This document shows, in pieces, positions 7,918-13,960 of a DNA stretch of 20,828 nt; the first letter of the stretch is position 1; each line of letters opens with the position of its first letter. The stretch comes from a bacterium (GTDB lineage: Bacteria; Bacillota; Clostridia; Christensenellales; Aristaeellaceae): NCBI GenBank assembly GCA_963624325.1, contig CAVFPH010000035.1, positions 1 through 20,828 on the forward strand. Reading direction: 5' to 3'. Made by a program: the position numbers and the translations under genes. Under the pieces are notes generated by a model. The model had not been told where the DNA came from. It saw only the letters and a list, made by a program, of their open reading frames with translations, and made no database searches.

Positions 7918-7968
7918 GAGCCCAAGCCGACGGCGAAAGATAATGTCTCTTTCGCCGTCGGCGGGCTC
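7918..7968 (-). promoter_or_regulatory. Strong intercistronic stem-loop between the SBP gene and the permease genes
   Basis: Perfect 14-bp stem GCCGACGGCGAAAG (7926..7939) / CTTTCGCCGTCGGC (7949..7962) with a 9-nt loop, extended by GAGCCC/GGGCTC. No U-tract follows on the minus strand (TTGGGCTCAGC). It lies about 40 nt after the SBP stop, within a 305-nt spacer. Confidence 0.6.
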
Positions 7969-8005
7969 ATCGGTTCAAATTACAGAACCGGGATTCCGAA
8001 TGGAA

Positions 8006-10465
8006 TTACTTGTAGTTCAGAACGCCGCCCTGATCAGCCACGAAGGCATTCCACTCAGCATCGGTGTAGTTGTACGTGATGTACTTCAGATCGGTGCCGT
8101 AGGACATCGGGTAGACTTCCTCATCTACGTAGTACTCGATCTTCATGCCCTTCAGACCCATCGAAGCATCGTTGGTGGTCGGGATGAAGTCATAGTTCTG
8201 CAGCAGGGTGTTTTCCATCTCAGCCAGAACCAGCAGGCGGTCATAAGCAATGGTCTCATCGTAGCTGTAGGGCAGCACGATTTCAACATCTTCGCCGGCA
8301 GCGTTCTTTACGGTGTGGGTGGTACCATTGATGATTTCATACCAGGTCACAACATCGCTGGTCAGGGTGCCGCTGGACAGCTCAACCGTCATCATGGTGG
8401 TGGAGTAGTCAACAGCCGCGTCATACTGATAGTTGGGGCTTACATAAGCTTCCATCAGGGAGTAGGGATCGAAGGCAGATCCGCTCCAGCCAACCAGGAA
8501 CAGCATATCAACCTGATTGTTGCGCAGGGCATCGCCGAAGCCGTTGCCGATGGTATCGTCACGGGTGAAGGTCAGCTTGCCTTCCAGCTTGGTGCCTACA
8601 ACAGCCTCGGTATAGTTGTTCACCAGGAACTCATAGCCGCGGTTGTAAGTGGTGGAAGAAGCAGAGGGCAGACCGATGGTGATCTGGATGATGTCATCCT
8701 CGTCCATCAGGCCGGTCTCGATGGCGATATCATAAGCCTTGTTGAAGTAGTCACGGGCCATTTCGAGGTTGTAACCGGTGATAGAATCGATGGCATCGTC
8801 CAGGGTAGCATACATCTTGCCGTCGCCGACTTCGTCAGCCAGACCCCAGAAGTTGACCAGCGTCTGCTTGGCAGCATCGGTATCACGGTAGAAGATAGCA
8901 TTTTCAACGTCGCCGACGATGGTATCGCCGAACAGACCGAAGGCAGGAGCGGCACCGGGCACGCAGGCGATGTTGTAGGCAGCGCGATCCAGAGAGAAGG
9001 ACAGAGCCTGACGGAATTCCTTCACGGTCAGGATGGTCTTGTTGATGTTCTCACCGGCGGTCGCCTGGTTGGCAGCCAGCGCTTCCATGTTGGGGTTCAG
9101 GGTGATGGCGAATACGGAGGCATCCTCGAAGGTGTAGCAGTATTCGGAGGATTCGTACTCATCAGCATAGTCCTTGGTCAGGCCGATAGAGTCCAGCTGG
9201 CCGGCAAGGAACATTTCCATGCGGGTGGAGTCCTCGGCAACGTAGGTGGTTACGCGGCGGGTCGTCTGATAGAAGCCTTCGTTTTCGGGCAGGCTGTAGC
9301 CGTACCAGTTCTCGTTCTTCTCAAAGACGATTTCCTTATCCTGCTGGAAGGAAACCAGCTTGTAGGGACCGTAGGAAATGGTGGTCTCAACAGAGGTGCC
9401 GTAGGTGTTGGTGTAAACGCCATCCTCGTACTTTTCGCACTTTTCGTACAGATCCTTGTTGACCAGCGTTACATCCAGGTTGTACTTCAGCTGGAAGCCC
9501 TGCAGGGACTTGTCCAGGATGAAGACAACTTCGGTATCGCTCAGAGCCTTCACGCCAACGGCGTCAAAGGACATTTCGGGGTTGTCGCTGCCCAGCAGGA
9601 CAAACTCTTCCCACTCCTGGTAGGCGTAGTCAGCGGCGGACTCGGCATAAGCTTCAACCGTCTCAGCGCCGTGCAGGTTGGCAACCAGCAGCTGCATCGC
9701 GTCAACGATTTCGGCGTTAACCTTGATGTAGCCATCCTCGGCTTCGCCGCCCTTGAGAACATTGTAGATGTCCTCAGAGAAGTAACCGGCGGCATAGTAC
9801 TCATTCAGGCTGCTGGAAGACCACAGGTTGCTGTCATCCAGGCACACCTTGACATCTTTGCCGTCCAGGGTGTAGTAGCCGTCATCACCAACGGTGAAAG
9901 CGCTCTCATCAATGTAGGTGGAGGGCACGCTGGTGTCGATCATGCTGGAGTAGGCATACATGCCGGACTTTGCATAGGCTTCGGCGTTGTGGATTACCAC
10001 GGAGCCGGAGTAGAAAGAGTCAGCACGATAGTTCTGAGCCAGGGGGTTCAGCTGCTTCATCACGGAGTAGACATAGTCTTCAGCGGTGATGGGGGTGCCG
10101 TCTTCCCACTTCAGGTTGTCGCGCAGGGTGTACTTCCAGGCGCGGCCGGTAGCACCCTCTTCGATGCCCCACTCTTCGCCCACATAGTCGGCGGTGACAT
10201 CTTCGGGCTCACCGACGGCCATCATGGGGCGCATCATGTAGGAATCCTTGGTTTCATTGAAGTCGAAAGTGAAGAAACTGTCTGCAATGTAGCCCAGCAC
10301 GGCGCTGTTGTCCGTAGCAGTCTTATACTGATGCGGATTCCAGTTCGTCGGGAACGTGCTAAGGCTGGAGTTGTAGGTGTAAGACGGTTCTTCGGCGGTT
10401 TCGGCGAATGCAGTCACGCTCATGATCATGCACAGAGCCAAAACAAGTGAGAAAAACTTCTTCAT
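8006..10465 (-). CDS. ABC transporter substrate-binding protein, family 5 (Opp/Dpp-type), unusually long at 819 aa
   Basis: AAGGAGGAG lies upstream of the ATG at 10465. The signal peptide is MKKFFSLVLALCMIMSVTAFA/ETAEE. A family-5 SBP signature-like segment is present (WKYTLRDNLKWEDGTPITAEDYVYS). It is the first gene of the operon and has its own promoter. Confidence 0.9.
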   Translation of the reverse strand: MKKFFSLVLALCMIMSVTAFAETAEEPSYTYNSSLSTFPTNWNPHQYKTATDNSAVLGYIADSFFTFDFNETKDSYMMRPMMAVGEPEDVTADYVGEEWGIEEGATGRAWKYTLRDNLKWEDGTPITAEDYVYSVMKQLNPLAQNYRADSFYSGSVVIHNAEAYAKSGMYAYSSMIDTSVPSTYIDESAFTVGDDGYYTLDGKDVKVCLDDSNLWSSSSLNEYYAAGYFSEDIYNVLKGGEAEDGYIKVNAEIVDAMQLLVANLHGAETVEAYAESAADYAYQEWEEFVLLGSDNPEMSFDAVGVKALSDTEVVFILDKSLQGFQLKYNLDVTLVNKDLYEKCEKYEDGVYTNTYGTSVETTISYGPYKLVSFQQDKEIVFEKNENWYGYSLPENEGFYQTTRRVTTYVAEDSTRMEMFLAGQLDSIGLTKDYADEYESSEYCYTFEDASVFAITLNPNMEALAANQATAGENINKTILTVKEFRQALSFSLDRAAYNIACVPGAAPAFGLFGDTIVGDVENAIFYRDTDAAKQTLVNFWGLADEVGDGKMYATLDDAIDSITGYNLEMARDYFNKAYDIAIETGLMDEDDIIQITIGLPSASSTTYNRGYEFLVNNYTEAVVGTKLEGKLTFTRDDTIGNGFGDALRNNQVDMLFLVGWSGSAFDPYSLMEAYVSPNYQYDAAVDYSTTMMTVELSSGTLTSDVVTWYEIINGTTHTVKNAAGEDVEIVLPYSYDETIAYDRLLVLAEMENTLLQNYDFIPTTNDASMGLKGMKIEYYVDEEVYPMSYGTDLKYITYNYTDAEWNAFVADQGGVLNYK

Positions 10466-10514
10466 GGTCTCTCCTCCTTATAATTTGCGCATTAAATAGT
10501 TACGCACGTATAAT

Positions 10515-10543
10515 ATTATGAATTTTTTTCCGTCTCTTGTCAA
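10515..10543 (-). promoter_or_regulatory. Sigma-A type promoter of the importer operon
   Basis: On the minus strand: TTGACA (10543..10538), a 17-nt spacer, then CATAAT (10520..10515). It lies about 50 nt upstream of the SBP ATG. Confidence 0.6.
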
Positions 10544-10657
10544 GAGGAAATGCTCACTTTTCGCACCTTACGGCAAAAAAATAGCCATCCGGGAGGGATG
10601 CCGCAGCAGCCCTGCGGAAGCAAAGTGAAAATTGCTCTTTTCGTACCCACTTGTTCA

Positions 10658-10666
10658 TGTTATAAT
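10658..10666 (+). promoter_or_regulatory. Candidate extended -10 promoter (TGtTATAAT) for the TIM-barrel enzyme gene, divergent from the importer promoter
   Basis: TGTTATAAT at 10658..10666. The only -35 candidate is weak (TTTTCG). It lies about 140 nt upstream of the ATG at 10806. Confidence 0.4.
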
Positions 10667-10805
10667 ACCTGTCAGTGAGAAGCCGGTGCAGCCTGAAGCC
10701 GCGGGAAAGGCCATTTCGGACGGCAATCGGTTTGATCACGATTATCGCGGCAAATTTTCAGTATTTTTATACAATTACTTCTACTCAAATGAAAGGATCC
10801 CGGCT

Positions 10806-11666
10806 ATGAAAATCGGTGTCAGCAGCTACAGTTTCCGTGCCCTTCTCCAGCGGGGAATGACCTACTTTGAAGCCTGCGATCAGGCGCTTGCCATGGGCTA
10901 TGACGGTATTGAGTTTATTGATCTGGATTTGAACTACGCACCCGCCGAAAAAAGCACAGAGGAGCTTGCAAGCCATTTGAAGACCTATTGCGCCCAAATC
11001 GGCCTGGATATTCCCGCCTATACCGTCAGCGCGGATTTTCTGCGCGGGCACGGATGCGCACCTGCCGAGGAGCCTGAGCGCATCTGCCGGTGCGCGGATA
11101 TTGCCGCGCTGCTCGGCGCAAAAGTGCTGCGTCACGATGCTTTCTGGGCGTTGGATGATTTGCGTGACTGGCGGGACGGTGTTGACCGGGTGGTACCCGG
11201 CATCCGCCATGTGGCGGATTATGCACAAAAGCTCGGAATCCGCACCTGCACGGAGAATCACGGCCGCATTATGCAGGACAGCGACCGCATGGTTTACCTG
11301 ATGCGAGCCGTTAACCACGATAATTATGGATGGCTGGTGGATATCGGCAACTTTCTCTGCGCGGATGAGGATCCCTGCCACGCAGTCGGCATTGCCGCGC
11401 CGTATGCCGTGCATGCGCATGTGAAGGATTTCCTTTTCAAATCCGGTCAGGAGGGAATGCCCGTGGGCGGCTGGTTCGGCACACGGGGCGGCAATTACCT
11501 GCGCGGTACGGTGGTCGGGCACGGGGTGGTGCCCGTTCGTGCCTGCCTGCGGATTTTAGAAAATGCAGGTTATGCGGGATACCTGTCCGTAGAATTTGAA
11601 GGGCGGGAGGAAACCCTGCCGGCCCTTAAGGATGCCCGTGAATTCCTTCGTCAAACGCTCGGCTGA
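10806..11666 (+). CDS. Sugar phosphate isomerase/epimerase (xylose isomerase-like TIM barrel, AP_endonuc_2 family), 286 aa
   Basis: MKIGVSSYSF... has AAAGGA 8 nt upstream. Characteristic segments are TCTENHG, HAHVKDF and YLSVEFEG. The track ORF begins earlier at a TTG (10632) with no RBS. Confidence 0.85.
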   Translation: MKIGVSSYSFRALLQRGMTYFEACDQALAMGYDGIEFIDLDLNYAPAEKSTEELASHLKTYCAQIGLDIPAYTVSADFLRGHGCAPAEEPERICRCADIAALLGAKVLRHDAFWALDDLRDWRDGVDRVVPGIRHVADYAQKLGIRTCTENHGRIMQDSDRMVYLMRAVNHDNYGWLVDIGNFLCADEDPCHAVGIAAPYAVHAHVKDFLFKSGQEGMPVGGWFGTRGGNYLRGTVVGHGVVPVRACLRILENAGYAGYLSVEFEGREETLPALKDAREFLRQTLG

Positions 11667-11696
11667 GGGGCCGATTGCAAATTTTCCGCCAAAGGC

Positions 11697-11725
11697 TTTA
11701 CATTGCCCTGCATTTGAGATAACAT
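11697..11725 (+). promoter_or_regulatory. Candidate sigma-A promoter for the lipoprotein gene
   Basis: TTTACA (11697..11702), a 17-nt spacer, then TAACAT (11720..11725). The -10 hexamer overlaps the ATG at 11724, so transcripts from this promoter would start downstream of that ATG. Confidence 0.4.
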
Positions 11726-11759
11726 GAAGCCGTCATCCGTCGAAAGCGAGGTACCTGCC

Positions 11760-12761
11760 TTGAAGCGCTTTTTGATCCTCTGGATTGTTTTCATGATGCT
11801 TGTTCCGGCCTGCTCTTTTAGCGAGGAGGAGATTTCCTACAGCCAGATCGTGCCCGCCCCGCACGTAACCATTACGGCGCCGCAGGCCGGGCAGAGCTAT
11901 GACGCGGGCGGCAAGCTGCATGTGCAGGCAAACGGAAAAAACGTGCTGCGCATGGAGGTAATCCTGACCTACGAAGGTGAAACCACCACGCTGTCCTTTG
12001 ACGGCGGCAATGCGGATTATACCTTTGACACCCTGCAATATACCCGGGGCGCTGTTGTCACGGTGATCGGCTACGGTGAAAACGATATCCACGGCTATCC
12101 GACGGAAAGCCGTCAAACAGTTAGCATCCTATCCCCCCGGGACAAACTGTTCCAGGATATGTTTAACCTGGCTGCCGAAAACTACAAGGATCCCTACTAC
12201 TATCATGCCCCCGCCAAGGAGGATTGGGACCGCGGCATCTGCAAGAATTTTGTCAAACGCCTCTTTGATACCTTCAAGGATGCCTATGCCATGAAGGAAT
12301 ACCCCGACCTTGAACTGCACATGCCGCTGAACAACTCCAAGAAGAACTGCGCGCCCTACGATTACGGCATCGAGTGGCGAATCGAATCCGCCGAGGACGG
12401 CAGTCCGTTTGAAATTGCCGCTCAGTTCAAATATGATGCCGATAAGACAAAAGAAGAAAACCGCGCCCTGTGCAGAGCCGTGCTGGAAAGCGTTCAGGCC
12501 GGCGATTTCTTTCAGATGACGGGTGATTACTATTATGGCAAGGGGGCGCACAGCCTGCTGTTCATCGCGGATTACGATCCCGGCACCGATGAAGTACGCT
12601 GGACGGACAGCAACATGAAAAATGACTCGGTAAACGGCTACCACTACGGCTATATGCAGTACAATGCCGTAAAGGATATCGACTGGTTCATCGATGCTGT
12701 GTGCTATAAGCTGCATGGCTGCACGCTGTATCGTCTGCGTGAGGATCTGTTTATCAAGTAA
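11760..12761 (+). CDS. Putative lipoprotein or exported protein with a C-terminal Cys/His (papain-fold, NlpC/P60-like) candidate domain
   Basis: The track ORF starts at the ATG at 11724, which has no SD. The in-frame TTG at 11760 has GAGGT 7 nt upstream and gives MKRFLILWIVFMMLVPAC|SFS, a lipobox-like V-P-A-C. The mature part begins with a beta-rich region, followed by GICKNFV ... AGDFFQMTGDYYYGKGAHSLLFIADYD. The family is unknown to me. Confidence 0.7.
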   Translation: MKRFLILWIVFMMLVPACSFSEEEISYSQIVPAPHVTITAPQAGQSYDAGGKLHVQANGKNVLRMEVILTYEGETTTLSFDGGNADYTFDTLQYTRGAVVTVIGYGENDIHGYPTESRQTVSILSPRDKLFQDMFNLAAENYKDPYYYHAPAKEDWDRGICKNFVKRLFDTFKDAYAMKEYPDLELHMPLNNSKKNCAPYDYGIEWRIESAEDGSPFEIAAQFKYDADKTKEENRALCRAVLESVQAGDFFQMTGDYYYGKGAHSLLFIADYDPGTDEVRWTDSNMKNDSVNGYHYGYMQYNAVKDIDWFIDAVCYKLHGCTLYRLREDLFIK

Positions 12762-12766
12762 AGCGA

Positions 12767-12812
12767 AAGCGGCTGTCTTGCATCGAAGGCAGCCGCTTAT
12801 TGTTATCTTATA
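12767..12812. terminator. Bidirectional hairpin terminator between convergent genes
   Basis: 11-bp stem GCGGCTGTCTT (12769..12779) / AAGGCAGCCGC (12786..12796), including one G-U pair, with a 6-nt loop. On the plus strand it is followed by TTATTGTTATCTTATAT. On the minus strand it is followed by TTTCGCTTT. Confidence 0.6.
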
Positions 12813-13583
12813 TTACGGAATCAGCAGTTTCAGGCTATCCTGTATGGTTATTATGCCCAATGCCAGCTGCGCACCCCACAAAATCAGCAAGTGTCCCGGA
12901 TAGACCGCATAGGCAGCGGCCTTGGGGAAGGGGGTACGCTCTTTGCGCGGCCACAGGATCAGGGGCAGCGCAAGCAGCGCCATGGTCTGCAGTTTCAAAA
13001 AGTTTTTTACAACATCCAGATTAAACAGTTTGCCGGTCAAGGCGATGCCGAATATCTCCTGTATCGAGCGTGTGCCCTGTCCCCAGTAGAGGCAGAATGC
13101 CACCATAACGGCGATGATGGCGCCGCGGTTTTTCCGCGCCGCATAGAGCAGCATGGCCAGCAGCACCCCGCGCCAGCCGTAATCCATGCTGACCGCGCAG
13201 GGAATTACCAATACCAGCACGGGGGCCCAGAAACGGCTGCCGAAGCGGTTTTCGCGGATGCCCCAGATGCCAAGATACCCCAGCAGCAGGGTAAAAAACA
13301 CATTCAGCTGGGTCCAGCCGTGATTCAGCCCCAGCATGTAGCAAGGCTGGGAGATCAAGCCGACGAGCAGCAGCCGCAATGTGTAGCGACGCGGATTCCG
13401 CGTGCAGCACGCGCCGACCACCATACACCAAAGATAAAGCGGAAAGGCAATTCGCCCGATCAGCCGCCATTCCAGTGCGTTTCCCATCAGGCGAACCCCA
13501 GCATGGTCGATTACCATGCAGACAAGGGCAATCATTTTCAATAATCCCGTATCACGGTTCCCGCGAATTTCATCCTGACTCAT
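12813..13583 (-). CDS. TraX family membrane protein
   Basis: The ATG at 13583 (MSQDEIRGNRDTGLLKMIALVCMVIDHAGVRL...) has GGAGG 8 nt upstream. TraX-like hallmarks are LK.IA...M.IDH.G near the N-terminus and YPGHLL near the C-terminus. The protein is multi-pass and hydrophobic. Confidence 0.8.
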   Translation of the reverse strand: MSQDEIRGNRDTGLLKMIALVCMVIDHAGVRLMGNALEWRLIGRIAFPLYLWCMVVGACCTRNPRRYTLRLLLVGLISQPCYMLGLNHGWTQLNVFFTLLLGYLGIWGIRENRFGSRFWAPVLVLVIPCAVSMDYGWRGVLLAMLLYAARKNRGAIIAVMVAFCLYWGQGTRSIQEIFGIALTGKLFNLDVVKNFLKLQTMALLALPLILWPRKERTPFPKAAAYAVYPGHLLILWGAQLALGIITIQDSLKLLIP

Positions 13584-13604
13584 TGCATTTTCCTCCACCG
13601 AACC

Positions 13605-13613
13605 AGTATAGCA
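13605..13613 (-). promoter_or_regulatory. Candidate extended -10 promoter (TGcTATACT) for the TraX-family gene
   Basis: The minus strand reads TGCTATACT, 21 nt upstream of the ATG at 13583, which would give a very short leader containing the GGAGG. No clear -35 is present. Confidence 0.35.
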
Positions 13614-13872
13614 CATTCTGCGGCAATCGCACAGCCCCAAAATTGTCTGTCCCGCCCTCGCACGGCACCTTTTTCAGCCGTGTCCGGACGGGACAGTGTG
13701 TGTATATATAATATATAAAGAAGCTTCGGCTGCCGTTTTACCGGCTGCTTTCCCTTCGACGATTGTATGATATCAAACGTTTATGAACTGCATTTGAACA
13801 AATTGCAAATGAGCATAAATTTTTTTATTGATAATACGCTGTTTTTTATCTCCAAATAATGGAATTATCATA

Positions 13873-13901
13873 TTGACGGCGTCAGATGAATTTGCTAATA
13901 T
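13873..13901 (+). promoter_or_regulatory. Sigma-A type promoter of the 5'-nucleotidase gene
   Basis: TTGACG (13873..13878), a 17-nt spacer, then TAATAT (13896..13901). An AT-rich UP-like region lies upstream. The leader to the ATG at 13961 is about 55 nt. Confidence 0.6.
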
Positions 13902-13960
13902 AAAAGAACAAAAAAGCCGCGCGTATTCATTGGCGGCTATAAAAAAAAGGAGGAACTCTC

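Noticed and set aside
7943-10450. An 835-aa open reading frame on the plus strand, antisense to the SBP gene and longer than the SBP gene itself.
   Set aside because: It is exactly codon-aligned with the minus-strand gene, so the same triplets are read in reverse complement. It therefore stays open simply because the sense gene contains no TTA, CTA or TCA codons, whose complements are the three stops. The product is a low-complexity G/V/A/I-rich string with no RBS, no start context and no motifs. The minus-strand gene has a signal peptide, a family signature, an RBS and a promoter.
10554-10739. A 61-aa minus-strand ORF in the divergent promoter region.
   Set aside because: It lies upstream of the mapped -35 of the importer promoter. 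It has no RBS and arginine-rich composition, which makes it unlikely to be a protein.
10785-13544. Antisense ORFs 10785..11522, 11733..12116, 12129..12716 and 12891..13544, opposite the TIM-barrel enzyme, lipoprotein and TraX-family genes. ORF 15653..16102 lies opposite the sigma factor.
   Set aside because: Same shadow-ORF logic as above. Frames were checked for 10785..11522, 12129..12716, 12891..13544 and 15653..16102, and all four are codon-aligned. The sense-strand genes have RBSs and family motifs.
13775-13807. The palindrome AAACGTTT (13775..13782), considered as a catabolite-responsive element. The imperfect inverted repeat TGCATTTG-AA-CAAATTGCA (13789..13807), considered as an operator.
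   Set aside because: The flanks of AAACGTTT do not supply the conserved TG...CA of the cre consensus. The second repeat needs a bulge to pair, and it sits in AT-rich DNA where such near-palindromes arise by chance. Neither is strong enough to call.
13767-13859. A 30-codon plus-strand ORF (MISNVYELHLNKLQMSINFFIDNTLFFISK) in the AT-rich spacer.
   Set aside because: It has no Shine-Dalgarno sequence and lies upstream of the 5'-nucleotidase promoter. AT-rich DNA readily produces such short ORFs.
13915-13938. A 6-bp hairpin (AGCCGC/GCGGCT) flanked by A-runs, which on the minus strand would look like a terminator (hairpin plus TTTTTT).
   Set aside because: No minus-strand gene ends here, the stem is short and the loop is 12 nt. 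It is more simply a 5'-UTR stem-loop of the 5'-nucleotidase mRNA, whose transcript should start near 13908.
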